A stretch of DNA of 63,765 bases, the filler included, from Hausera hauseri (Eukaryota): NCBI GenBank assembly GCA_046269625.1. It is 12 parts of 12 records of this genome, joined end to end, with 100 filler letters (N's around TTAATTAATTAA, not from the genome) between each part and the next. Parts side by side here need not be neighbours in the genome. Positions count along the whole stretch, not along the records: positions 1 to 4,627 come from JBJURY010497463.1; positions 4,728 to 10,256 come from JBJURY010235629.1; positions 10,357 to 15,026 come from JBJURY010481909.1; 9 more parts are not named here. One strand, 5' to 3'. The translations under genes were made by a program, and so were the position numbers. Under the pieces are notes generated by a model. That model was not told the origin of the DNA, ran no database searches, and worked only from the letters and a program-made list of their open reading frames with translations. Below are positions 1-11,264 of this stretch, piece by piece. How positions within the stretch are numbered: the stretch's first letter is position 1; every line of letters begins with the position of its first letter.

Positions 1-994
1 AGCGTTCTTAGAAGATACCTCCATCCAGATGTTTCGCTCTTAAAAAATGTAACTTTACTATTCTATGGGAAGAACAGAGGATTACTAGTCCTCGTCATTG
101 TTTCTCTTCTGTGTTCCTTCATGTGTGTTTCTGCCTGCAGGGATCATGTTAGTGTCTGCCATATATATATCCATATAGGGCTAAACACACCGCAGGAGGC
201 GTGCCCTCAGCCATGAACTGTTGGCCGCCATCACTGTCACCCTGATCCCCTCTTGTGTTTGGGGACGAGCTGCAGCTGTCCGCACAGCTGGAGGTTTCAC
301 TGTGTTCTTCTTCTTCCTACTTTAATCTACCTTTGACACACTCACCCCATCACCCCTTTAACTCTCATACTTTCCATCCTGCATGCGCTTCCCTGCTCGC
401 TGCCAAAGAAAGCAACAAGAGTCTAGAGGGAATAGTTTGTACCTGGTTCACTGTCAATCAGCCTCAAAGAAGAAGAGCAGACAGTGGTTCTAACTAGGAC
501 ACATGCTCTTTTTACATCTTCAAGAGTCAGCTCTGGGGGCAGCCTCTCAGAAAGATTTAGGATGATATTTTAAGGGATAGGAATAAGTGCATGCACTAGT
601 GAGCATAAGCCTATGCAGGCATAAAAGGACACTTCATAGGCAAATCCTAAATCTACTAGACATTTTTCAAGTACATCTAAGTTGTGTGTTTTCTGCTAAC
701 AGCTACAAAACATCACGGATAGTATGTCGGTTTCACACACAGGGAAGTGAAGCTGCGGAATTTCAGACAAAGACTTCAGAAAATGTGTTGGAAGGTATTT
801 CTGCGAGGGAAGTAAGGCTAGCTAACAAACTTTTCGAAGGAGTAGTAAATATTTTTCAGAAAGATAACTCGGTCAGTAAAATCCTATTCCCATCTCCTCG
901 TGGTGCCGGCTGGATAACCAACCAACGGGGAAGGTCTTCGACGTCAGACGGAGCGACGCGTCGGTCGAAGTATTTTCGGTCGCACCAATATGCA

Positions 995-3955
995 ATGTGT
1001 CTTCAAAATTTGGATCATACGGCTAGGGCGTCCCCCGTAAGCGACGCGCGTCGTCCTCGCCCGAACGGCGCGAGACATGTACGAGGGCTCCCCGCTAATG
1101 GACGGAGCGGGCTGAAGAAGCAAGTCCAAATGAGAGTGGTCACCATTAACATCGGTACAATGACTGGAAGAAGTAGAGAGCTGGCGTCCGCCCTGAAAGC
1201 GCGCGGCGTCGAAATCGCATGCGTTCAAGAAACGAAATGGAAAGGAGCCAAGGCCAGGGAGATCGGAGAAGGATACAAGCTCTATTACAACGGAGCACGG
1301 ACGAAACAGAACGGCGTTGGCGTCATCGTCAATAACAAACTGCGTGACGCTGTCGTCGAGGTCATCCGCACTTCCGACCGTGTGATGTCTATCAAAATCA
1401 ATGCCAACGAGACAACCCTCAGGGTCATTAGCTGTTACGCTCCGCAACCAGGTTGCTCCGATGATATCAAGGATGAGTTCTGGGAACAGCTGGATGACCA
1501 TATTCGATCGGTGGGTCCGGAAGAACACCTGCTGATTGGCGGTGATCTGAATGGCCATGTTGGATCCTCGCGTGATGGCTATAGGCGTCAGCATGGCGGA
1601 CATGGGCATGGCGTTCGCAATGATGATGGGGCGCGTGTCCTCAACTGTGCGGAGGCACATGATCTCGCAGTGGCGAATACGTTCTTCAGGAAGAGGCAAT
1701 CACATCTGCTCACATATGCCAGTGGTGCACGTGCGTCCCAAATCGACTACTGGATGACGCGCAGACGAGACCTCGATCTCGTGGTCGATGTAAAAGTCAT
1801 ACCATCTGACAACGTCGCCCCACAGCACCGCCCCCTTTTCATGGACTTGCGACTTGACATTGGGCAACATCAACGAGTGCGCAAGACTGGACTGACTCAT
1901 ACCAAGTGGTGGCGATTAAACGAGAACAAAAATCAACTGAAGATGGCTCTCGAACATCTGAGTGTCAACCCTGATCTGCCAGTGGCTCATGTATGGCGCA
2001 ATGTGGAAAACCAAATCCAAAAAGCCGCATGCAAGGTACTTGGGCAAACAAAACCTGGAGCGCGCTTCATCGATAAGCAAGTGTGGTGGTGGAATGAAGA
2101 CGTGCAGCGCGTCGTTAAAGAAAAGAAGATGGCCTTCAAGAAATGGCGCGAGACGAGCGATATTGCGGACTACGATCATTACCGCACAAAGAAATCAGCC
2201 GCAAAACGAGCAGTCGCTGAAGCAAAGACAGCACACTACGACCAGCTGTACGACGACTTGGACGCAACAGGGAAGACGAATAAGATCTATCGCCTCGCCA
2301 ACTCTCGACATCGGGCAACCCAAGATATCGGACAGGTCAAATGCATCAAAAGCAAAGATCACCAGATGCTGCTAGATTCGCCCTCTATCCTTCGGCGCTG
2401 GAACGAACACTTCTCGAGCATCTGCAACACCGAATTCCCCCATCCGCCGATTATTAGCGCGGACCCTGTGCTCGGACCTGTACCATACATCAGTGAAGTC
2501 GAGGTAGCCGACGCTATCAAGAGGATGAAGAATGGGAAAGCAACAGGCCCCGACGACATTCCAGCAGAGGTATGGAAGCTGCTTGGCCGCGACGGCGCTG
2601 CCATCCTCGCCAACTTATTTAACAACATCACGATTGACGGAGAGGTTCCCGACTCCTGGCGAACCAGCAGGACTGTGCCAATCTGGAAAGGCAAGGGTGA
2701 CATCGCGGAGTGCTCCAACTATCGCCCGATTCGGCTTTTATGTCACACTATGAAAATATTCGAAAGAGTGATTAACGCCCGGCTCAGGGACATTGTCCGC
2801 GTCACGCCCAACCAGTGTGGATTTGTAAAGGGGAGGGGCACAACGGACGCAATTCACGCGGCTAGGCTGCTCTTAGAGAGACACCGAGAGAAGAACAGGA
2901 CAGTACATCTAGCTTTCCTCGATCTGGAGAAGGCCTTTGACCGCGTACCACACGACCTTATCTGGCATGCCCTCAGATCACACGGCGTTCCTGAAGCTTA
3001 CGTGTCCTGGGTGAAGCTTCTTTACACCAACGTCACCAGCTCCGTCCTCTGCCCATCAGGAATATCGCCACCTTTCCCAATCACTGTTGGCGTTCACCAG
3101 GGATCGGCTCTCTCTCCACTCCTCTTCATCTTGTGCATGGACACGCTCACGGCTGACCTCCAAGGGTCACACCCATGGTCGCTACTGTTCGCCGATGACG
3201 TCTTCCTTGCCAGCACCACCAGGCACGAATTGCAGCAGCAAACTCAACAATGGAAGGCGCGGCTTGACGACTATGGGCTACGGTTAAACATCAGAAAGAC
3301 CGAGTACATGGAGTGTGGACCTCAAACCGATGGCACGATCAACATCGACGGCGAGGACCTTGAGAAGGTCGAGGAGTTCAAATATCTGGGCTCTGTCATC
3401 AGCAATGATGGAAGCGCGGCCGCTGATGCGCGGGCTCGAATTAGCGCAGCATGGCTAAAGTGGCGCCAGGTGACCGGCGTGTTGTGCGACCGTCGAATGC
3501 CCGACCGACTCAAGGCCAAGGTATACAAGACAGTGGTCCGACCAGTGGCCCTATATGGAACGGAATGTTGGCCGGCCACAGCAGAACAGGAGCGGGCCAT
3601 GCACGCCATGGAGATGAGGATGCTACGATGGAGTTTTGGTATCTCCCTACTCGATCATATCATGAATGAAGACATTCGTAAAAGAATGGGAGTTGCGCCG
3701 ATCACGGACAAGATGCGGGAGGCTCGACTACGATGGTATGGACATGTGGTGAGAAGCGACGAGAACTCTGTGGCGAATACAGCGATGAGGCTGAGCCCTG
3801 AGGGGCGTCGACCAAGAGGACGACCTAAGATGCGCTGGCGTGATAGAATTAGAGCAGACATGAAGATCGTCAACGCCAGACCAGAAGACGCCCTGGATCG
3901 AGCCAGGTGGAGAGGACTGAGCAGAGCTGCGGACCCTGCAATTGCGCGGGACTAA
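995..3955 (+). CDS. RTE APE endonuclease-reverse transcriptase (likely start Met at 995; ORF track extends to 587 through flanking DNA)
   Basis: APE motifs NIGTMTG, CVQETKW, GDLNGHVG, QIDY, PQHRPL. RT motifs KATGPD, NYRPIRLL, FLDLEKAFD, GVHQGSALSP, FADD, FKYLGS. RTE C-terminus RLRWYGHV..GRRPRGRPKMRW. Confidence 0.95.
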   Translation: MCLQNLDHTARASPVSDARRPRPNGARHVRGLPANGRSGLKKQVQMRVVTINIGTMTGRSRELASALKARGVEIACVQETKWKGAKAREIGEGYKLYYNGARTKQNGVGVIVNNKLRDAVVEVIRTSDRVMSIKINANETTLRVISCYAPQPGCSDDIKDEFWEQLDDHIRSVGPEEHLLIGGDLNGHVGSSRDGYRRQHGGHGHGVRNDDGARVLNCAEAHDLAVANTFFRKRQSHLLTYASGARASQIDYWMTRRRDLDLVVDVKVIPSDNVAPQHRPLFMDLRLDIGQHQRVRKTGLTHTKWWRLNENKNQLKMALEHLSVNPDLPVAHVWRNVENQIQKAACKVLGQTKPGARFIDKQVWWWNEDVQRVVKEKKMAFKKWRETSDIADYDHYRTKKSAAKRAVAEAKTAHYDQLYDDLDATGKTNKIYRLANSRHRATQDIGQVKCIKSKDHQMLLDSPSILRRWNEHFSSICNTEFPHPPIISADPVLGPVPYISEVEVADAIKRMKNGKATGPDDIPAEVWKLLGRDGAAILANLFNNITIDGEVPDSWRTSRTVPIWKGKGDIAECSNYRPIRLLCHTMKIFERVINARLRDIVRVTPNQCGFVKGRGTTDAIHAARLLLERHREKNRTVHLAFLDLEKAFDRVPHDLIWHALRSHGVPEAYVSWVKLLYTNVTSSVLCPSGISPPFPITVGVHQGSALSPLLFILCMDTLTADLQGSHPWSLLFADDVFLASTTRHELQQQTQQWKARLDDYGLRLNIRKTEYMECGPQTDGTINIDGEDLEKVEEFKYLGSVISNDGSAAADARARISAAWLKWRQVTGVLCDRRMPDRLKAKVYKTVVRPVALYGTECWPATAEQERAMHAMEMRMLRWSFGISLLDHIMNEDIRKRMGVAPITDKMREARLRWYGHVVRSDENSVANTAMRLSPEGRRPRGRPKMRWRDRIRADMKIVNARPEDALDRARWRGLSRAADPAIARD

Positions 3956-3972
3956 CGCAAGGATGAAAAAAA

Positions 3973-3994
3973 ATATATATATATATATATATAT
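3973..3994. repeat. (TA)n microsatellite at the RTE 3' end
   Basis: Seen directly. Confidence 0.9.
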
Positions 3995-4244
3995 TTTTGG
4001 CACAAATGCTTGGCACTATGTTGTGTTGCAAAACTAAAGCTGTCTTTATTTTCTTTTTTTAGTAGAAAATGTAAGAGGCAGCGAATTTGCACACTCATTT
4101 TCTATATTCTTGTGGACATGGAGGATAAATCTTCTCAAACGATTATTTTTTAAGCTTTAAGCTGACATTTATTAAAGTTTTCTTAATTATTTCAAAAGCC
4201 TAAATACCCCAAATCAGGGTTAACAGACAGGTGCCTCTCTCCTA

Positions 4245-4410
4245 CAGTTGGCGAGAAATGGGGTACACCCTGGACAATCACATTCTCACACACACCTAGT
4301 ATGACTTAGTGTTACCTGAAGAAAACAAACTCAAAACAGAAAGGCTGGGTTTTGATCCTGCAACCTTCTTGCTGTGTGGCAACAGCTCCAAACGCTGCAC
4401 CGCCGTGCAT
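4245..4410 (+). repeat. Degenerate teleost-type SINE/repeat remnant
   Basis: GGGGTACACCCTGGACA..CACATTCTCACACACACCTA..GATCCTGCAACCTTCTTGCTGTGTGGCAACAGC resembles abundant fish repeats (recalled, not searched). Confidence 0.5.
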
Positions 4411-4627
4411 CGGTTCATGTTTACCGAAATATTTATCTGTTTATCAGGTGGCAAACATTCCCGATTTTTTTCCCTCTCTTCTGCTGTACTTGCTGATTTT
4501 TTTTTTGCCCAAAAAGGCAGAGCTTTGTGGAAATCAACACAGGAAAATTGACAGGATGCTGTTTCTCAGACTGACCACATGTTGAAACTGTATATTTTCA
4601 AACCGAGAGTAAACATCCAGTAAACAT

Positions 4628-4727
4628 NNNNNNNNNNNNNNNNNNNNNNNNNNNNNNNNNNNNNNNNNNNNTTAATTAATTAANNNNNNNNNNNNNNNNN
4701 NNNNNNNNNNNNNNNNNNNNNNNNNNN
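4628..4727. other. Artificial contig-joining spacer (N44-TTAATTAATTAA-N44); identical spacers at 10257-10356, 15027-15126, 23563-23662, 28241-28340, 33326-33425, 39784-39883, 45454-45553, 49827-49926, 54553-54652, 59589-59688
   Basis: Identical 100-nt block 11 times. TTAATTAATTAA gives stops in all six frames. Sequence content changes abruptly at each spacer. Confidence 0.98.
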
Positions 4728-5167
4728 ACCAAATCCTTCTTTCAACATTCCCATTATTGTTTCATTATCCTTTTTCAGTTTCAATAAACATTTGATGACA
4801 CTGCGAACTTTAAAAGAATCAAAATCAGACATGCTTCCAAAATCAACAAAAAACATCAATTATTTTTAAAAGAGCCACCAAAATATGATAAAGTCGTGTA
4901 AGTTTAATTTTACTAAACAAAACAAACTAATGCGTACAATTTCTGGTCTAATCGCATTAACTTATCCAGAACCAAGTTCAGATGCAAACATATAACAATG
5001 TCGTCTGACATGGAGGCAATAACAAGCAATTTGAAAGACACAAAATAGACAATACGCTAGTTGTTACGTGGGTTACTATAGATATTGTCGTCAAGGGTTG
5101 TTTAAATAAATGGATTTTTGGCGTCTGGTCTGATTTAAATTTTCATTAGTAATTTGGATACATAACA

Positions 5168-5860
5168 ATGGCCTCACTCAGATTTGGCGAACCTTTGGAT
5201 TTGACAGACGATCACAGAAAATTACAAATAACCAACGCATTCATTACAACATGTGGCGTCGATACATATATAAAACTGGAAACGTTGATGGCATTCGATG
5301 CTCTAGATACTGTAATGTTCATAGAAGTAGAAGCGAAACGTTGAACATTTCTACCAAGAAGCTCCTATTAATCACTGAAATGATCAAATTTCATTGAATT
5401 CATCAAAAAGAAGTCAAAAGCTTAATGGACTTTTATTGCCAACTGAAAGATACGGTAAAAATTGTCAATTCAACGATTTGAAGAGGGCAGCAAGTTGAGA
5501 ATCCGAAATTATCAAAATGGAATTAATTTCGGTATTACAGGATTCCAAATGCAAACGATACATTGCGGATCTAATAGAATCGAATAGCAAAGATTTATCG
5601 GCTGATGATACATTTGAAAAAATTCGAACCTAATGCCTTATCGACCAATTCGCGTCCCAACTAGAGGCAAGAAAGCAATAGATAAATGCATTTAACATTT
5701 CACTCAAACATCAATCGAAAGATAGAAACGTATGCACATACAATCACAGTAGACACAACAAAGAAAACTGTCCGGCATTTGGTATGATATGTCGAAGATG
5801 CAATGGCCGCAACCACTTTGCGAATACTTGCCAAAACAGTGAAAAAAGTTTACTTGGTTT
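5168..5860 (+). pseudogene. Decayed Ty3/Gypsy gag (Mag-like) with C-terminal zinc knuckle
   Basis: CPAFGMICRRCNGRNHFANTC at about 5768-5830 matches CPAxGxxCxxCxxxNHFAxxC. The upstream frame is broken by stops and frameshifts. Confidence 0.65.
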
Positions 5861-5930
5861 AAGAAGATCTGGAAAACACAATATGCCTGAAGATATGGTT
5901 AGTCTTACAATAGCTCAGTCGAAAGAAAGT

Positions 5931-6160
5931 GTTACAGTTGGGGTGGTCCTTACTGTCTCCCACTATAACAATAGTTTATTTCAAGTTAAATCGCTTTTCA
6001 GCAGGTGTTCTCCAGGACTTCTCTTGCCGGGGAAAGCTTGATAAAAAACAGTTTCTTTTATTGTCTTTTTACTATAGTACCTGGTAGTTATCAGCATTTT
6101 AGGGAAATCTTGGGCTGTTCTGCAATGTATGTCTTCTTTTTTTCTTTTCCCTATTAGGGC
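5931..6160 (-). repeat. Possible polypurine tract and 3' LTR of the FN3-bearing Gypsy element
   Basis: Minus strand purine run AGGGAAAAGAAAAAAAGAAG (about 6158-6135), AATAAA near 5975 and terminal TGTAACA at 5931. No second LTR copy available to confirm. Confidence 0.35.
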
Positions 6161-6251
6161 ATTGATTTCCGTTATTATGGGACTACTAATCCCTTTTTTA
6201 ACGGTTCTATGCTTTGAGAGGCACTCGGCCCGTTTTGTTGGCTCTCGCTCC

Positions 6252-7705
6252 TTACCTCTCATCTTCCTTTTTCTTCTTGAATAGATAGTTGTAAATGGAT
6301 GATGTCTTCTTGGGTAGGGGTTTCTCTTCTAACTTCATCTTTTTAATTATTGTTTCTGGCCTAGGTTCCTCTTTTTGTTCCTTTTGAGACTTTGATGTTC
6401 CTGCTAATGTCCTGTTTCCTTTAATTATCGGTAACTTCATCTCATTTTCCTGTTTTTATTCCATAGTTTCGCGGACTGTGATCATAAGGCGATGCTTGTC
6501 TGTAGATTGGATGGTTCTAATTGGAGAGTAGGGCTTGAAGTTTTTCCGATATTTGATATCTATCTGTTCGGTTTCCAAGGAATTGTGTAGTTTGTATATA
6601 GGGTTTTTAGGTATTCATTCATGTGCCCACTTTAACATCTTATAAATCTCCTGTAAATATTGGGAACGCTGGCTAGCCGTTAAAAGTCTTGGAATTCTAT
6701 TTGGGTTTTTGGTCATTGCTTCGACTGTTATCTTGAAGAAGGCTTCTGGCGCGGTTGGTCGATTTTGTCCTTGTAGGATCTTCTCCATTCGCTGTTGGAC
6801 TACTGGATGAGTAGCTATTTCTCTAAGTCCGGCAATATTTGCATCGGATATCCCTAATAGCTCAATTTCCCCTTTTACATTGTATCCTGTTATCATACAA
6901 CCATAAAACAATAGCTTACCTCTGAACGGACCTGTAGAATATCTTTTCCATTTATCAGTTGTTCTTTTCTTAGTCCAGTCACTTCCACATATGATTCCTG
7001 AACATGTTTTCGAGGGTTTATAATGGTTGAGTATAATTCAGTCCCATCTATTTCTCAAATAGATATCTCGATCGGTATTCCATATCCATCGTCTTCTCTA
7101 CCGTAGTTCGTGGCCAGGACCCTTATGTTGCGACCGTCTTAGTTTAACCTATACGATTGCAGATGTTCATCCTTTCCTGCCTCTGTTGGGGTTTGTTCAA
7201 ACTGTAGAACTGGCAAGTCTAAGTTCCAGCCATCTTTATAAGTCATTTCGAACATTAGTTTAACCGGTAAGGCTGCTACTCTGAATTCTAATGCATAATC
7301 AATAGCTTCTAAGCCTCGTCCACTTATTCTAAACGTGCTAAATCGGTATTGGCGCCCTTCGTTACAGTCCCATTGCTAATTCTTTATTCTGTAGTAAACT
7401 TCTCCGTCGACCAAATGAATGAATATATCTTGCACTTGGGCAGTTCTATTCTAGATTAGTTCCTTAAGATTATACGATTTAGCTTGATTGTTATCGCGCA
7501 TTGCGTATAGCAGAACTGTGCGATTCCTTTCGGTGGTCCCTTTTAAGTCGTTGGGTATTTCATTTGCTTTTCGATATTCGACATATGTTTCTGTCCGTAG
7601 TGCGTCGTTTATTCTTCGGTATATGGCTTTCGATCTGGGGATAAAACTGTTTCGTATGTCTGTAAGAAGTCGTCGATTCTAGGTCGGCTGCTCGTACTTA
7701 TCATT
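6252..7705 (-). pseudogene. Decayed long ORF of unknown function downstream of the env-like ORF
   Basis: Long frame 7705-6910 broken by a few stops, one frameshift near 6910, then 6911-6615 and 6440-6252 in one frame. Same A-rich coding strand as pol. Confidence 0.5.
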
Positions 7706-7806
7706 TTGAAAGAAAATACAAAATAAAGGTCAATCCTAAAACAAAGTATTGTTCGAAATTTGAACCAATTTTTTGTTTGATAGTGGAATAACCCGATCTG
7801 TAGTTG

Positions 7807-9205
7807 TCAGGTTATTCCATCATTGATTTCGTATTGGGGTACCATCACTCTTAATTCCCTCTCGACTATTTTATGACGCTTATTATAGCAACTTTTGGTA
7901 ATCAATCGACAAAACGCAACTAGAATTATGAGAGCAAATATTGATGTTCCAATAATCGATATTAACGACAAAGTTGCCTGTTCGGTTAATTTTTCCATTT
8001 TAACAGTAGTTGTCACTTCGTCTTCCGTTTCGTCATTGGTTAATGATTTTGTTGAGACAATTTCATTTAAGGTTCGTACCGTGAACGTTCTACTTTGTCT
8101 ATTCTCTGCGTCCACTTGTACAATGTAATCCGTTTCAGGCTTCAAGTAGGTACATTTGATTCGATCGCTATCTTTCGCCAATATTACTTTCTGATTATTA
8201 TATGATGTTCGGCAGCTTATTTTTACGTCGTAATTAAGTACTTTATCCACAACAAAGGTTATCTCGCGTTGTTGTGTGCAGTATTTTAACGGAATTATTT
8301 CTATTTCCTTCTGAGGTAATCTATTCATTGGAATGATTCTGATNNNNNNNNNNTGCAGGAGTGGTATCCTTTGTTTTCGCAGTTGTAATTCTACTTGTTG
8401 TCATTCTAAGCGAATTCTGGTCTATTGGATTTCTAAATTGGTAGCTTCCTATATAAATACTCGACTGGTTTGGTCTAACTTCATATAAATCTAACCGAAT
8501 CCTATATCTATATTTCTGGGGCAACTTACAACATCTCTTCGGCCGCTCAACATCAATTTAACAATATTGTTGGTTGTGGACTGGTTCGTCCTTTTTCAGT
8601 AATTGAACCGTGATTACTCGACCGCTAATTAATCGTCCTTTTGTATTTATTTGAATACAGTTGACATTTGGGTTTTCTGTTATACTGGCGATATTTTCTT
8701 CCAGCATCGGCTTTACTGGGTCGACGAATTGGAACATTTCGTTAGGTTTTATCCCATGATGCTTGTTCCAAGCAGGGATAACTAATTGAAATTGTGGTTT
8801 TATTTCATAGATTCTAGATGATTTCGGTGAGTACAGTCGATTGGTAATGTTATAAGTATGTCCGAAATCCGTACTGCAATATTGCATATGTTTTCCATGC
8901 TCGAAATCACAATTCCTTGTTTCTTTTGTCATTATATCATCTAGGACAATTTGAATTCTTCCAACATTGTGGTGCAATCTCTGTACTTTAAATCCAACGC
9001 ATGTGGAGTTCGGCGAATAATAATGAATTTTGACTGATTGTAACAACGTCATTCCTTCTTGTCTTTGGATTTCTTCTAATGTTGGTATCTTTTCCGTTTT
9101 ATTAACTTCGTATGCATTTTTTAGTGTAGATCCGTCGTGCCACCATTTAGTTTGTGCTCTCGGAATACAAGAAGCAATTAAAGATAATGCTAAAACTATC
9201 TGCAC
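7807..9205 (-). pseudogene. env-position ORF of the Gypsy element: type I membrane protein (signal peptide, FN3-like domains, Thr-rich stalk, TM helix, short tail); one in-frame TAA at 8558-8560 and an N gap at 8344-8353
   Basis: N-terminal VQIVLALSLIASCIPRAQT. FN3 signature LKPETDYIVQVDAEN. TM LSLISIIGTSIFALIILVAFC. ORF pieces 8558-9205 and 8321-8524 share a frame. Frame across the N gap cannot be verified. Confidence 0.7.
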
Positions 9206-9208
9206 ATA

Positions 9209-10256
9209 CTATATGGGTCTGGTGATAATCGATGAGGTCTTGTTTTCTCGTGGTCTTAGATTGTAATGTTTAGCTGGCCTTATGTCTGTTTTAACTAATC
9301 TTTGAATCGATACAACTTCCTCTTTTCCGTTTTTATTGACATAAACCGTGGTTGGTGTAGTACGGATGATTTCATATGGTCCTCTTCCAGTACGTGTTAA
9401 TTTCAAGGATGTACCTTTCTTTGCGACTGGATAATGTATATAAACCCAATTTCCCTTTTACAGATTACGAGGTTTGATCTTTTTATCATATTGTTTTGTA
9501 ATTTATTTCTGGTATTCTAGTGATAACGCTTTTGCAACTTCCCAACATTTTTGTAATCTTGTCTGTAAGACTTCGGCAAAGTATTGTTCTAATTCTTCAA
9601 GGTTCTTTTCGTACGGCGTCATGACTAGATAAGTAGGTAAGATTGCCTTTTGTCCATACATCATAAAAACGGCATAAATCCTGTTGTTGGATGTGGAGTC
9701 GTATTATTTGCGAATTGTGTTCCTTCTAAGAATTCATCTCAATCCTTTCGGTCCTTTGCCACTACTGTTGATAATATTCGAAAAACTGTTGCGTTCATTC
9801 GCTCGACCACTCCATTACATTGGGTATGGTACGCTGTAGTGGTTAACGTTTAATTTTAAATATTTTGGTAATCTTTTCAAATAATTCGCTTGTAAAGTTC
9901 CTTCCTCTATCCGTTAAAATCTGTTCTGGTAGTCCGTATCTGCAGATTATTTTTCTTACTACTGCGTCGGCTAAAGTTTCAGCCTTTTGATCCAACAGTG
10001 CTACCAATTCGACGAAGTGTGTGAGTAGATCTACGCATGTTAAGATATATCTGTTATTCTTGTGAGTTTTCGGCAACGGTCCTACTATATCCATAGGCAT
10101 TGCTTGCATGGGCCTGTCTGGTACGTTTATTGGTTTTAATTCTGCTACGTAACCTTTTGTTTTCTTCTGTTTTGTTGCACAAACTTCGCATGCTCCTATC
10201 CAATTCTTTACATCAATATAGATGCTTGGCCAATAATATTTATTTAGTATCCTTTC
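9209..10256 (-). pseudogene. Ty3/Gypsy integrase (3' part of pol; truncated by contig end; one frameshift and stops)
   Basis: YYWP..CEVC zinc finger half, MDIVGPLP, ILTDRGRNF, TTAYHTQCNGVVERMN, and GPY motif (GRGPYEII). Confidence 0.93.
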
Positions 10257-11264
10257 NNNNNNNNNNNNNNNNNNNNNNNNNNNNNNNNNNNNNNNNNNNN
10301 TTAATTAATTAANNNNNNNNNNNNNNNNNNNNNNNNNNNNNNNNNNNNNNNNNNNNTGACAAAGTGAGGACAAACGGATTCTCACTGTATATACACTAAA
10401 CTATTTAGCTCAATCTTTTATTAATGATTATTTCTTTAATTAAACTGAACTGAACCTCACTTCGCGATGAACTGCTGCCCCATCCAGGGTGTTTCTGTGT
10501 GCCTTGTGCCGATTGAAAAACAGCTGTACAAGCATCTCACTGTCTGTCATCCTAGATATGATCCATGTGTTCAATAATAAGACACTAAAGCATACACACA
10601 ATATTTTGTAACTTAAACTGAACAAACATTCTCTGGTATGTAGATGGACATTTTCTTAAACTTTTGAAAAAGGTGAGGAAAAATGCAGAAGTTTTGTTTT
10701 TCTTAGAATAATTAGTGCATTTCTATTGGACTGGGCTACCAAATAGGAGGTTTATTACTTCCAAAATACATGATGCCTTAAAAGGTTTTGCTTTTTAGTT
10801 TTAAAACTGAGGTCTTGCGTGTCATTTTGACCCAAGGTCAGCAGGAGGGTATGGTTTAAGGCCCCTAGTTAACTTACCATGAAAGGTAATGCCCACTTTC
10901 TAAAGAAAACTGCAAGCTTACTCCTTCTAGCTTGACTCATTTTTATTTTATTTTTTTTATTTTTATTTATTTAGGGTCCCCATTAGTTTCTACCTCAGCA
11001 GAGACTATTCTTCCTGGGGCCCAACAACATTAAAACATAAATAACACTTCAGAAAAAAACAGCAAAATTAAAAACAAAATTAAAAAGAATGAAAAAAATA
11101 ATAATAAAATAAAATAAAAATATAAACAAAAAGAAAGGCAGTTCGAACCTCAATAGACAACATCCACAAAAAGATCACAAAAACAAAAATTAAAAACCAA
11201 AATTCTTTCCACACCTAATGGAGGACTTGGATAAAGTACAACTTGAACACCATCACTTCCAAAC

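Larger units (their letters stand above)
884..3995 (+). mobile_element. RTE-clade non-LTR retrotransposon, apparently full-length and intact
   Basis: GC-rich block starting about 884 inside AT-richer flanks. Single APE-RT ORF, very short 3' UTR, then A-run/(TA)n tail. 5' boundary approximate. Confidence 0.88.

Noticed and set aside
587-994. N-terminal extension of the RTE ORF
   Set aside because: GTG start in AT-rich flanking DNA. RTE-like sequence begins near 884 and the typical N-terminus at Met 995.
4672-4683. Recurring TTAATTAATTAA as a biological repeat or CRISPR-like array
   Set aside because: Always centred in N-runs of fixed length; it is an assembly linker.
9738-9742. Genome-wide UGA=Trp recoding, suggested by TGA at Trp sites (integrase DWDEF, PolB about 26076, RT about 47851, Nup96)
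   Set aside because: Equivalent Trp sites in other decayed copies are TAG (e.g. about 29912, 30355, 31670), and TAA/TAG stops and frameshifts co-occur. This fits ordinary decay.
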